The notes: a model not told the origin generated them from the sequence alone. A stretch of DNA of 64,000 nucleotides from an uncultured Nitrososphaerales archaeon (GCA_963709405.1 CAVPXM010000036.1:1-64000), one strand, 5' to 3'. Positions 1 to 10,651 are shown, numbered from the stretch's first letter. Numbers and translations: made by a program.

Positions 1-240
1 AAAAATCATAATTATGCCAGTTCTGAAAAAATTCAATAGGTAATTTACAACTATTTCTATATGAATATACATAAAGATTGAGATGACCAGGGTGATCGAA
101 AGTAGTTGCTTATGCTCGGGGGTAAAGTTGGTAGTGTACGTTTCACTAAATTGGCAATGTGATAAGATAACGAGGGATAATCAATATGGGTTCCGTAATT
201 GTGATTAACGCAGCCAATATTTCTCATGTTATATTAGCAG

Positions 241-1206
241 GTGAATAAGCCCTTTATCAACTTCTATTCATATCTAACATTATATACTCTTACTAGGATG
301 AACTCGTTGAAATTAATTTACAGATCCTTACCATTAATGGTGACAGTAATTGTCTGTTTGATGCTTATTGGTTCATACATTCTAATTAGTTTATCATATG
401 CACAAAATGGTATCATCGAGAAAAAAGCATCTATAAACATGGTGGCCAAATCTAAATTGCAGGGTATAAAAATCATATTCCCAGCACAAGGTCAAAGAGT
501 CCCTGATGATAAAAATCTTATAATAACTGGAATGTCTACATACAATAGTCATACTAATTGTCAAGTTTCAATTATTGTAAATAACGTAAGACCATATGAA
601 CATGTTATTGCTACCGGACACAATGGTACAAATGATTATTCAACATGGAAATTCCCACTTAGCTCTAAATATACTACAGTTAAAGCTGGATTGAGCAACA
701 AGGCTACAGCTAAATTAACCTGTAATGATAAACCGACGAATATAACAAAATTTTATAGTGTAAATTTCACCAGCGCATCGACTGGTGCATCTATCCCACA
801 AGCGCAACTACATACTTCAAAGAATAATACTAATAGCACTAATAGTAACAAAAATAATACCGAGTTGTTATCTATTATTGGAAAACAAGAGTTCAATAAA
901 CCGGGAAATCCTTCTGTGTCATCAACTATTGACAATCATAGTAAAATGATTAGCAATAAACAAAAGACTCTAGATAATTCTATGACAAGTAGGTCTAGGA
1001 CAATTAATCATGATAACAAATCATCGATAAAATCTGAATCTACAACGACACCAAGGGACTTGGCTATGAATGGGATTAAGGACCAATTTATTCTAACTTT
1101 ACCTTCAATTAATGACAACTTGTCATCCTCGTCCCAGTCAGCTGAATTACAGTCAGAGAGCCATTCAAAAATCATTGATGAAGGTTCTCATCATCACAAG
1201 AAGTGA
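241..1206 (+). CDS. Secreted/membrane-anchored hypothetical protein with a Nitrososphaeraceae-type beta-rich domain and Ser/Thr/Asn-rich tail; true start may be ATG 298
   Basis: 321-aa ORF, hydrophobic segment ending SYAQ, then IKIIFPAQGQRVP...CQVSIIVNNVRPY...NDYSTWKF...AKLTC. Confidence 0.6.
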   Translation: MNKPFINFYSYLTLYTLTRMNSLKLIYRSLPLMVTVIVCLMLIGSYILISLSYAQNGIIEKKASINMVAKSKLQGIKIIFPAQGQRVPDDKNLIITGMSTYNSHTNCQVSIIVNNVRPYEHVIATGHNGTNDYSTWKFPLSSKYTTVKAGLSNKATAKLTCNDKPTNITKFYSVNFTSASTGASIPQAQLHTSKNNTNSTNSNKNNTELLSIIGKQEFNKPGNPSVSSTIDNHSKMISNKQKTLDNSMTSRSRTINHDNKSSIKSESTTTPRDLAMNGIKDQFILTLPSINDNLSSSSQSAELQSESHSKIIDEGSHHHKK

Positions 1207-1473
1207 TTAACATGTCGTATCATATTCGGAACAAGTTGTTGTTTTTTTTGCAAATACCATATCAAGACTTTCTGTGAGCCAGGAAGCGAGTAGAGAAAAA
1301 TAATAACTGTCTATAGTGGTCAAAAATACTTTCAATATGTGGCAGAACATGATGATTCAAGATTGTCGCACAATGAAAATAATCCGGACTATGATAGGCC
1401 TATTTTTTCGGTTTTGTTTCTAAACGAACGTATATTTATCTATCAGCAGATTACTAATAAAATATATAGATTT

Positions 1474-1952
1474 ATGCCAAGAATGGGAGTGGTGGAAAGA
1501 GAAGAAACTAAAAGTCTAATACTTGTGTGTAGAGCTAGAGGATATAATCATAAACAAGTTTTATCAGTCGTAAATGATAATTTGAGAAAATATAATAATA
1601 CTTTATCAGATAAAGGCTGCTCAACATCATACAGAATACAAAGGATGATGCCCAAGATTGGTTAAGAAATCGTTCAGTAGGTAAAGATGCCTATATGGAT
1701 GAGTGCAGACAGAGAATTATGGAATTAAACGAACAACGCAGAGACTTATGGGAACTAGTTAGAAGATATGAAAATCAGCCATTTGTTCAAATCTCAGCTC
1801 ATAAAGAAATCCATGCTCTTACAAAATCCATTTTGCAGTTGTATGAAACACTTCCACTATTGGTAACTAAGAGCAATATACCCAATGGCGATATATTTTG
1901 TGATTCTATCTACGAAGATATGACTGGTAAATATCCCGATCTTTCTGCATGA
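1474..1952 (+). pseudogene. Frameshifted alpha-helical hypothetical protein (~159 aa if repaired)
   Basis: ATG 1474 frame MPRMGVVEREE...SDKG continues in another frame from 1617 as LLNIIQNTKDDAQDWLRNRSVGKDAYMDECRQR, in frame with the 1695-1952 ORF. Confidence 0.6.
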
Positions 1953-2410
1953 CTTAATAATCTATAATCTTGCGATGATTGTATTCTTTGTATTTTTTCT
2001 TCAAATGATCTATATGGATGTATTGATCTGCAAAGAATTAGTGATATGGTTTGTTTGCGACACACCATAGAAATGAAACAATCATAACTAACAATGAGGA
2101 AGAAAATGACTTCAAATCGTAGGAACCTATCGCAACATATATTGTTGGGGATGGTATTTTGTTCGTTAACCAGACAATTAAGTAAATGTTGAGTAAATGT
2201 GTTTTTGATACATTCAGTCCTGTGAAGGCTTATCCACAAACGGTATTATGTCGTATCTCAATAACTATTCACTAACACGACTCATTTGCCTACGGCTAAT
2301 TCTCAACCAAGACAACTGGTCTTTGTTAACCAGGATGGGGAGCCCCCCCTATTATATAGTGCCTTGTGTCTTAATTAGGATGCAAGAGTCTACGATGTAA
2401 GTGGAAATGT

Positions 2411-2692
2411 ATGGGTAGAACAATTCCATCATTTAGATTAGCAGCTTCAGATGAAAAAATTGAATGGAAGGAATTTCGCAACTGTCTTGGCAGATCTGAC
2501 AGGAAGTTATTTGATAGAATGTTTTCAATCGAACATTTGTATAATTCAGCGTGTTCTTATGCCGCCAGTCCTATAAGAATACAGCCGATCTTCCTATCGA
2601 TTATATTCGATCATTATAAGACATTAAAAAAGTTGACCGAACAGGAAAAGTCAAGACAACTGAAACTAGATGAAATCAAACCCACTAACTGA
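2411..2692 (+). CDS. Small conserved archaeal protein (MGRTIPSFR family), probably arCOG07300-like, normally PolB2-associated
   Basis: MGRTIPSFR...WKEFRNCL...DRKLFDRMF...IFLSIIF pattern; TTATATA box about 60 bp upstream. Confidence 0.6.
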   Translation: MGRTIPSFRLAASDEKIEWKEFRNCLGRSDRKLFDRMFSIEHLYNSACSYAASPIRIQPIFLSIIFDHYKTLKKLTEQEKSRQLKLDEIKPTN

Positions 2693-2707
2693 CTAAGGAA
2701 TCAACGA

Positions 2708-2750
2708 ACCAACCAGAATATGACCATATTGGGTTCTGGTTGGTAAAAAA
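2708..2750 (-). terminator. Hairpin plus T-tract between convergent genes
   Basis: Perfect 11-bp inverted repeat ACCAACCAGAA (2708-2718) / TTCTGGTTGGT (2734-2744) with an adjacent A-run, located between the 3' ends of 2411-2692(+) and 2781-3146(-). Confidence 0.45.
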
Positions 2751-2780
2751 TAGCTAGATTTAAAAAGTAATGCCGAACTG

Positions 2781-3146
2781 TCAACGACAGAATCCGGCAA
2801 ATAGGTTGTAAGTCTGTGGACCAACACTTGCTAGCGCCTTTTGTAATTCTTCGCTAGGGTTCCCGTAAACGTCAAATTTACTTATCCTAGAGACACTGAA
2901 AATCTTTGGAAGTATCGTTTGCGATGCTATGCCGTTATTGTGAGCAAGTGCAGCCTCTGAATTTGTATATGTTTCATGTACAATACACTTTGTCTCAGAT
3001 TTATTAAGATAAAACTCGTAATTTATTGTATCTGGCTCGTTAGCTTCCACCACTCTGCTCATATCCTGTACCAGTTTCTTAAATTCTTCTATTTTTCCCT
3101 CTTCTATAGTAAATTCTGCTCTAAAATGTATCTGATTGTGCTCCAT
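2781..3146 (-). CDS. Antibiotic biosynthesis monooxygenase (ABM)/putative quinol monooxygenase family protein
   Basis: 121 aa; EFTIEEGKIEEFKKL...NEPDTINYEFY...VHETYTNSEAALAH. Confidence 0.8.
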   Translation of the reverse strand: MEHNQIHFRAEFTIEEGKIEEFKKLVQDMSRVVEANEPDTINYEFYLNKSETKCIVHETYTNSEAALAHNNGIASQTILPKIFSVSRISKFDVYGNPSEELQKALASVGPQTYNLFAGFCR

Positions 3147-3426
3147 GCTGCGTTCCCTCCTAACTAAATGATATCACCTAATTGAGGACGGTCCCATGGA
3201 GGATAGATTTTACTTTTCAAGTGTTTCCATTTCAGAATACTAGGTCTTCCTACAATGACTAGAAATGTTGATTAGTCCGGCAAATATTGTTGTTACCATA
3301 ACTATTCCGGTCAGATGAATAAATTTTATGTGAGTTTTTATATTAATTGATTCTTCCATATTATCATCAGAGGATATACTAGAAATTCACTATTTAAGTA
3401 CTCTCGTCATAGTTACGCATCCATTT

Positions 3427-3696
3427 TTATTGAATAGTAATTTCACCCATCTTACCAGTTTGATAATCTTCTACTGCTTGATGCATTTCAGAATGAATAA
3501 CGCCTGCTCCTGCAGTCATCCACTGTACATCACCTGGCCCAAGTTTGCCTGAATTTCCTCTAGAATCCTTATGCGCAAATTTACCTTCAATCATATATGT
3601 TACTGTTTCAAATCCACGATGAGGATGGTCGGGTGCTCCTTTTGCTTCTCCTGGCTTCCAATTTTTAGGACCCATTTCGTCTAATAAAAGGAGTGC
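3427..3696 (-). pseudogene. Pirin family remnant with lost N-terminus and large internal deletion
   Basis: LLLDEMGP...[13 protein letters not shown]...HKDSRG...[17 protein letters not shown] joined directly to the pirin C-terminal [12 protein letters not shown]. Confidence 0.8.
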
Positions 3697-3988
3697 TTAG
3701 AATTGTACATATGTTATGAAACTGATGAGGAGAACTATTACCTCAAATTTTGGTAATAATAGGTCAGCCGTTCTAAGCCTTTCCTTAATTCAAGATTAAG
3801 TTATGAATAAAAGTATGCTTGTCTAATATCCTTCATTCGACGATTCACTTTCTATAAGCATAAAGGTCTGGTACTTACATTGAAACTAATATCTTCAAAG
3901 ATTCCGAATTATAAAAACTGGTCATCTTCTTATTCGGAGAAACTTATCATTCCTTAGCTTTTTTAGTTAGTCAATTTACTATTAGATC

Positions 3989-5332
3989 ATGACCCAAGAA
4001 CCATTGCTGATGCGCTTTTTTACTATAGTAATCATACTACCATGTGCTACAGCTGTCGTATTGGAATTCTCCCCTATATTCATTCAACATTCAGCTGTTG
4101 CCCAAGAACAACATGAAAATAATCTTGCTACTACCATATCATCCTCGTCATTATCCCCATCTAACCAGACTGATCTAAAATTACAGACTTTACAAACATC
4201 TTCTCTACAATCTTCTCATCCTCAGTCTACCACTCCTCTTTCTCTTACGGATATCTTTAAGAAAGTAGAAAACTCTGTTGTTCAAATAACAAGTACTGTA
4301 TCTAATCCAAACGAGCTTATTATTATAAATGGAAAACGCTTGAACGGAAATAGTACTGCGCTAGGATCAGGATTTATTTATGATAATAAAGGGCATATTG
4401 TAACTAATAATCATGCAGTTCCAGATTTGAGCAATAACACTAATAGCGTAGATGTAACCTTCATAGATGGAAATACCTACTCTGCAAAAGTAATACATAG
4501 AGATCCATTTAGCGATATTGCAGTACTTCAGCTTATTGGTAACTTTTCAGATGAAAAACTTGTTCCACTCTCAATTACAAATTCTTCCACTCTACAAGTA
4601 GGACATCCTGTCATAGCCATTGGTAATCCGTTTGGTCTTAGTGGTAGCATGACGACTGGAATTATAAGTCAAATGGCACGCGTGTTGCCAAATCCAGATA
4701 CAGGATATTCTATAGCAAACACAATTCAAACTAATGCTGCAATAAATCCGGGAAATTCGGGAGGTCCACTATTAAACATGCAAGGTCAAGTGATAGGAAT
4801 GAATACTGCCATCATTTCGGACACCGGATCATATTCTGGAGTTGGCTTTGCTATTCCTTCCGATGATATCATGCACATAGTACCAAAATTAATTCAAAAT
4901 CGAAGCTACAGTCATCCTTGGCTTGGAATTGCTGGTGGGAAAATAACTCCAGAGATATCCGAGAAAGTTGGTTTCCCGAAGAATTACAAAGGCGTTATGA
5001 TAGCAGCAGTTCAATCCGGTAGCCCTGCAGAAAAGGCAGGGTTGAGAGGCTTTAATCAAAATATTAGTAATGGCGGTAACATTACCCGCCTCGGTGATAT
5101 AATAACAGCGGTTGACGGCCATCCTGTAAGGCAAATGGATGAGATTATCAATTATCTCGAAGCACATAAATCAGTTGGAGATAGAGTCGAGGTAAAAGTA
5201 ATGAGGGATGCAAAAATAATGGATTTAACAATAAATCTTAAGGCACGTCCTATAACTACAAATTCCCAAAATCAAACATTGGAACAAACACCTCAAACCC
5301 CACAAGTTCCTGAATCGCCACCAATTCCCTAG
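3989..5332 (+). CDS. HtrA/DegP-like trypsin serine protease with PDZ domain
   Basis: GSGFIY, VTNNH, DIAVL, AIGNPFGLSGSMTTGIIS, AAINPGNSGGPL catalytic Ser motif, C-terminal PDZ (GSPAEKAGL); N-terminal signal/TM. Confidence 0.95.
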   Translation: MTQEPLLMRFFTIVIILPCATAVVLEFSPIFIQHSAVAQEQHENNLATTISSSSLSPSNQTDLKLQTLQTSSLQSSHPQSTTPLSLTDIFKKVENSVVQITSTVSNPNELIIINGKRLNGNSTALGSGFIYDNKGHIVTNNHAVPDLSNNTNSVDVTFIDGNTYSAKVIHRDPFSDIAVLQLIGNFSDEKLVPLSITNSSTLQVGHPVIAIGNPFGLSGSMTTGIISQMARVLPNPDTGYSIANTIQTNAAINPGNSGGPLLNMQGQVIGMNTAIISDTGSYSGVGFAIPSDDIMHIVPKLIQNRSYSHPWLGIAGGKITPEISEKVGFPKNYKGVMIAAVQSGSPAEKAGLRGFNQNISNGGNITRLGDIITAVDGHPVRQMDEIINYLEAHKSVGDRVEVKVMRDAKIMDLTINLKARPITTNSQNQTLEQTPQTPQVPESPPIP

Positions 5333-5453
5333 CATGTCCTAAAACTTGATGGAAAAATGCTTTGTTGCTAGTTATATTTAAGATTACTTCAATAATGCAT
5401 AACACAGGCTAGCACTTGCCGCTTTCTAATCAAGTATATCTGACGATAATGTA

Positions 5454-5810
5454 TTAAGGAAATGGGAGAAATGAATGATACACTATAGTAAAATTATTAA
5501 TGCTTTCTTGTTGTTCTGAGTTCAAATCGGAATTGGAACAGGTTACATTTGTGGATAATTGGTAATTTCTACAGTCATTAACTTGCTGTACCGTCAGAAT
5601 CTTGTATTTTTTTGCCAATGCACTACTGTTATCTACATCAATTCCTAATGTCAAGATTATTAACCATGTAGTTATAATGGATGTAATAGTCATCAAAAGT
5701 TTATTGTCAATCACCGAATATTCATCAAGGAATAATCTATTGCATCGTTTATCTGCATTTGGAGATATTTTGTGACATGTTAAATCAGATATTTGTTCTA
5801 TACTTTGCAT
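5454..5810 (-). CDS. Hypothetical small secreted protein; real start probably downstream at MTITS
   Basis: Hydrophobic stretch, ALA cleavage-like site, QQVNDC...NVTCSN motif, ends LPFP. Confidence 0.4.
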   Translation of the reverse strand: MQSIEQISDLTCHKISPNADKRCNRLFLDEYSVIDNKLLMTITSIITTWLIILTLGIDVDNSSALAKKYKILTVQQVNDCRNYQLSTNVTCSNSDLNSEQQESINNFTIVYHSFLPFP

Positions 5811-6038
5811 AGCCTGCTTAATATTAAATTTTCATTTGTTGAGACTGAGTATTTTATAATTTATTATATCTCTTCGTAGATATATTATTGGATCAATCGA
5901 TGCTACTAAAATACAGAGGATAAGAATCACTATTAATAAAGCATCAAGTTCAAAAGCTTCTCTCCTTATCATCTTCTGAAATTTGAATATTATTTTTTAT
6001 TGTGATTTATGTGTTAAATTCCATATTGTAATAGAGCA

Positions 6039-6072
6039 TGTCTAGATTCTTTATTGTCTAGATTCTTTATTG
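6039..6072. repeat. 16-bp tandem duplication
   Basis: TCTAGATTCTTTATTG at 6041-6056 and 6057-6072, overlapping the stop codon of the zinc-finger ORF. Confidence 0.85.
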
Positions 6073-6288
6073 CAAAGCCTTGCCGCAGAGGTCACAGTAG
6101 TATTCGCCGCAGGTAATGCAACGGACAAGAGAACTATTTGTTTCTTTAATCCCTATTGTAATAAAGTCATGCTCATGAATTAATTTGTTCTCATACTGTA
6201 CTGCAGTATCATGCATGTCTGCACCTTCGTTCTTGGCTATTCCATATTTAGGTGATCTAATTACCTTTATGGATTGATTACTACGCAT
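6067..6288 (-). CDS. Small zinc-finger protein
   Basis: HEHDF...CITCGEYYCDLCGK (two CxxC). Confidence 0.6.
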   Translation of the reverse strand: MRSNQSIKVIRSPKYGIAKNEGADMHDTAVQYENKLIHEHDFITIGIKETNSSLVRCITCGEYYCDLCGKALQ

Positions 6289-6310
6289 AGTGGTAATAAA
6301 GAAACAAGTT

Positions 6311-6848
6311 TTAATAAAGCCATGCTAAACCATGTAAGTTAACATAGTTAAGGCCAAAGTTAATCAAGCACTTAATATCATTTGATACTATATCTTTATT
6401 GGATGATGTCAAAAATAAAAGATATAGTTTTCTCAACCTAGTTCTCGGCAAAAAGTTCTGGATTAATGGGTAATGTAGCGTATAATAAGAACGAAACTTT
6501 AGAGACGCGTGCTCACTATCTATATCAAGTGCGTTAAGATACAGTGGGTGGCCATCTGGCTCTCTAAGATGCGTCCTTCCCAGAAGAGTTGCTACATTCT
6601 TGAATCTCCATTCCTCTTGTTCGATTCTCTGTTCGTTCCAAAACCCAGGGTGATTGTAAATGTAGTTAATTGGATGTTCTTTTCCATCTACAGAATCTCG
6701 TTTTGATTTCTGTCTCTCATCATCAGTTAATAGACCATTAACATTAGGGGTCTCCGTCATTCGTCAGGGGAATTAGAATAAATCCCATCTCATGTAGTTT
6801 TTTGATTTCTGCGACTGGAATAGGATCATTATGAACTGATTCATTCAC
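6311..6848 (-). pseudogene. Bifunctional primase-polymerase (Prim-Pol) N-terminal remnant, frameshifted and truncated
   Basis: GTG 6848: VNESVHNDPIPVAEIKKLHEMGFILIPLTNDG, frameshift near 6752, then TPNVNG...NVATLLGRTH...LNALDIDSE (DxD motif); similarity ends near 6505. Confidence 0.65.
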
Positions 6849-6990
6849 CCTTACTTAGGTCCTCCTTGAAAATTAACGAAATTAGTTCTGAAGTATGGTC
6901 GATACTAGTTTTGACGCCTTTATAGCTAGATTTAAACCTGTGATCATGTCCGCATTGAGAACATGATTCATGCCGTATAAAATCTTCATA

Positions 6991-8060
6991 TTATATGTAT
7001 GAAAATTTCTGCATTAGTTTCGAATAGCCGTTTATTGTCAGTAGGTCTATGGCCTTTAAATAATCCACTAAGACTTCGTGTGCTGTGGGTTTATAATAAC
7101 TAGCAGAAACACCAATGTCATGTCCCATGGTAATTTCCACATTAATGGGTTTCATAACTTGTTCCGCATGAGTCTTGTAAAACTTTCTCATTCCATGAAC
7201 ACCTTTCCACTCACGGCGACAGACACCTTGAGGAAGTGGTTTGAATAATCCTTGGGCATGAATAGAGCGCTCTATTAGGCCTTTTATTCCACTGCTCTTT
7301 AGTCGCTTCGGATATGTAGCTAATCCAAACTTGGCGCCGTAGTTCGTATCGGTGGTCTGCCATAAGTCTCTCATTAGCCATGAATCACCAGTTATCTTCT
7401 CACCATGCCATGTACGATAATCCATCCATTCTTTTAGAGCATTATACGCGGCAGGTACAATAAAACAGTAATATTGTTCGGATTCACCGGCATAGACCAA
7501 TAATTCTGTAGCATTGGTTCTACATGTTTCCATTGTAAGTAATCCCAGGCCCCAAGCCGTATACCCGGGGAAGCCATGATGTAAATGATTGTCTTTATCC
7601 TCCTATCTGGATATTCAGAAATTTTCGAGAGTTCCTCAATAGTTGGAGCTCTGTCTTTAGCAGCCCTTCTTCCTGCGGGGATTCCTCTTGATATCTTTTT
7701 CCAGTTAATAATGGGTGTATCGATATTCATTTCTATGAATAGCTTTGTTGCCTTGTAATAGTTAGTAATAGTAGAATATGATATCTCACCATTTCTGACC
7801 CGTTCCTTTTGGAAGGATATAAACTGCATAAGAGAGATTTGTAGCCAGTGTGGGTTTTGTCTCACACGTGTCAGGAATTCTACAGCCTGATGTTCTAACT
7901 GACCTTCAAGCTTTAGGTAATCCAGGAATACTTTCAAACGCCTTGGGTATTGTCTTCTAGTTCCTGGTGCTTTCAAGGCATAAAGAAAGATCGATAGTGG
8001 ATCTTGATATTGTGTTGTTGTCATGGTTGTAGTTGGGTCTGCGATAGATGTCAAGGTCAA
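6991..8060 (-). pseudogene. Tyrosine recombinase/integrase (thaumarchaeal type) split by a frameshifting deletion near 7510-7520
   Basis: ORF1 DRAPTIEE...GIRLGAWDYLQWKHV; ORF2 VYAGESEQYY...HGMRKFYKT...MGHDIGVSASYYKP; together they give the R-HxxR-H-Y catalytic set; starts 57 bp from the tRNA 3' end. Confidence 0.9.
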
Positions 8061-8116
8061 ACTATATTCATCATTATATTATTAGCATGAGCCGCATTTA
8101 AGCATCGTTATCAAAA

Positions 8117-8191
8117 TGGGCCGGGTCGGATTCGAACCAACGACCCCCGCCATGTCAAGGCGGTATCTTAACCAGGCTAGACCACCGGCCC
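8117..8191 (-). tRNA. tRNA-Val(GAC), intronless, CCA not encoded
   Basis: GGGCCGGTGGTCTAGCCTGGTTAAGATACCGCCTTGACATGGCGGGGGTCGTTGGTTCGAATCCGACCCGGCCCA; acceptor stem GGGCCGG/CCGGCCC, anticodon arm CCGCC-TTGACAT-GGCGG, TTCGAAT T-loop. Confidence 0.97.
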
Positions 8192-8807
8192 AACTATAAG
8201 CAGTTCTACGATTTTTGTCAACCATCCCAAATATATACGAGTCGACAAAACCTAAATCTAATCTTATTTTTGAGCAAATATTCTTATCAAAGATCAATAA
8301 CCGTATTTTTGTCATACGATTCAAAAATATCAAAATTATTTGCAAGAGATGTAGTCATCATGACTGAACAATATAAAATAGCGTATTTTTGTTTCACTAG
8401 TAGTAACACATTCTTAGAATATGCTTCAGAACATAAGCGGACCCGTTAACCATAGAATTAACTGTAGATTGTTCTCTTCAGAATACTTATTTGAGATTGA
8501 GATTATCAACCAGTTTTACAAGGTTTGGGTCTATTCAACAAAAAACTTGCCGTCCAGTTTGTTAATCATATGATCAGTTTCTTTCTTAACTGGATAATAT
8601 TCTGCATTGCCTAATGAGATCAGATTCTGAAGTCTTTAGACTTAATCCATTTCAGATCACTCCGATAGAACGACCTTCTAGGATTAAATGGTTTCAGAAA
8701 TAGTGTGTTTTTTGATTTATTATAAGTTTAATGATTTGCCTGAGGTTAACACTATCATTCTGCCAGTAAGCATACATTTTTAAATATCTTATGACATCAT
8801 CCTAGAT

Positions 8808-10334
8808 ATTGCTGAACAGATAAGGATTTTCGATACGACGTTAAGGGATGGTGAGCAGACACCAGGCGTTTCTGTTAATTCTGAACAAAAATTGCAAATA
8901 GCTATCAAATTGGATGAATTGGGTGTAGATACTATTGAGGCTGGATTTCCGATAGTATCCCCCGGAGAAATGCGAGCGATTAAATCTATCGTCAAACAGG
9001 GTTTAAAAGCTGAAGTATGCGGATTGGCCCGTGCTGTCAAGTCAGATATAGATGCTGCATTATCATGCGACTTGAAGTATGTGCACTTATTCTTAGCTAC
9101 CTCAGATATACACATGCAATATAAGCTGAATATGAGTAGACAACAGGTACAGGAAAACTCAGTGTGGGCAGTGGATTACGCTAAGAAGCATGGATTGCGT
9201 GTTGAATTTTCTGCCGAAGATGCAACAAGATCCGACAGAGAGTTTATGAACACTGTTTTTAGAGCTGTTGCTGAAGCAGGAGCCGATAGGTTAGATATAC
9301 CTGATACAGTAGGATATGCTACACCTGAATACATAGCTGAACTTGTAAAAAGTACGAAGATTGCAACACATCTTCCGATAAGTATGCATTGTCATAATGA
9401 TTTGGGCTTGGCAGTGGCAAACACAATTGCAGGAATTAATGCCGGAGCATCTTGTGCTCAGGTGACAATAAACGGGATTGGGGAAAGGGCAGGTAATGCA
9501 TCATTAGAAGAAGTGGTCGTAGCCCTCCAATGTTTGTATCATCGTCAGCACAATATAAAAACCGAGTTACTATATGACACCTCAAGGTTTGTTTCTAATA
9601 TTATGGGTATAATCGTGCAACCCAATAAAGCAATCATTGGTGAAAATGCCTTCGGTCATGAATCTGGGATTCATACACATGGTATTATAAACAACCCACT
9701 TACATACGAACCAATCAATCCAGAGATGGTGGGAAGAAAAAGATGGCTACAAGCTGGAAAACATGCTGGTGCACACGGTATTAAATACATGCTAGAAGAG
9801 TATGGCATAAGACCAACAAAAGAGCAGCTTCATCAGATTGTAGAAAAGCAGAAAAACTTAGCGGATAGAGGTAAATCTATTACAACTACAGAACTATTGT
9901 CTATAGCTAGTGAAGTTATGCAAAATAAAGAATTTGAACAGAAACTTAAGCTTTATGACTTCCATACAGTAACTGGAATGAATATTATTCCAACTGCAGT
10001 AGTTAGATTGAATAGTAATGGTAATGATGTCATCGCTTCGGAGACGGGTGTAGGGCCTGTTGACGCTGCACTAAAGGCAATACAGAAAATCGCTGGTCAA
10101 ATTGATAGCATCAAAATACACGAATACAGGTTGGAATCTATCACTGGTGGCTCAGACGCGATGGCTGAAGTATGTGTCAAAATAGAAGACAAGAATAGAA
10201 ATATTGTTTCTGCGAGAAAGTCAGGCGAAGACATTGTGATTGCTTCAGTAGAGGCGATGGTCGATGCGATTAATAAAATGATGCTAAAGAAGATGTTAAT
10301 TTCAAGTAATGCTACCGAACTTTTGGATAATTAA
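8808..10334 (+). CDS. leuA: 2-isopropylmalate synthase/citramalate synthase family (LeuA/CimA); start upstream of the ORF call, apparently non-canonical
   Basis: IRIFDTTLRDGEQTPG in frame from 8820, HCHNDLG, NGIGERAGN, FGHESGIH, C-terminal regulatory domain GVGPVDA. Confidence 0.88.
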   Translation: MAEQIRIFDTTLRDGEQTPGVSVNSEQKLQIAIKLDELGVDTIEAGFPIVSPGEMRAIKSIVKQGLKAEVCGLARAVKSDIDAALSCDLKYVHLFLATSDIHMQYKLNMSRQQVQENSVWAVDYAKKHGLRVEFSAEDATRSDREFMNTVFRAVAEAGADRLDIPDTVGYATPEYIAELVKSTKIATHLPISMHCHNDLGLAVANTIAGINAGASCAQVTINGIGERAGNASLEEVVVALQCLYHRQHNIKTELLYDTSRFVSNIMGIIVQPNKAIIGENAFGHESGIHTHGIINNPLTYEPINPEMVGRKRWLQAGKHAGAHGIKYMLEEYGIRPTKEQLHQIVEKQKNLADRGKSITTTELLSIASEVMQNKEFEQKLKLYDFHTVTGMNIIPTAVVRLNSNGNDVIASETGVGPVDAALKAIQKIAGQIDSIKIHEYRLESITGGSDAMAEVCVKIEDKNRNIVSARKSGEDIVIASVEAMVDAINKMMLKKMLISSNATELLDN

Positions 10335-10479
10335 CATCACCTGAAAATATTTCGCCTTTGAATAAATGAAGTAATTACTTGAATGAATGCAGTTTATGGA
10401 TGCTTAGCAGATCGATACGTCGGAGTTATTGTCCTAATGTTCAATGCAGCTCTGGGGTACATCTAAATAATATTATACC

Positions 10480-10507
10480 TATTTATTTATTTATTTATTT
10501 ATTTATA
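10480..10507. repeat. (TATT)n microsatellite
   Basis: tatttatttatttatttatttatttata in the leuA-acylphosphatase intergenic region. Confidence 0.8.
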
Positions 10508-10651
10508 TTCCTCAGCTCGGTAACGATTACATTTACTGTTTATGGTCTACGATTACAACCATAACTAGAATGTTTTTTTGTTAAAAACAATAAAGAAATT
10601 AGTACTGGATATATAAATAAAAGTAACAAAATTCCACGTTCAATTGATTAT

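Larger units (their letters stand above)
1..8116. mobile_element. Decayed integrative element at tRNA-Val; left boundary not seen
   Basis: Integrase abutting tRNA 3' end, Prim-Pol remnant, pseudogene-rich cargo; no second att copy found in the window. Confidence 0.55.

Noticed and set aside
1-8116. attL/attR copy of the tRNA-Val 3' end
   Set aside because: No duplicate found by eye, so the element's left boundary cannot be set
8082-8345. 87-aa ORF on minus strand
   Set aside because: Runs through tRNA-Val; spurious
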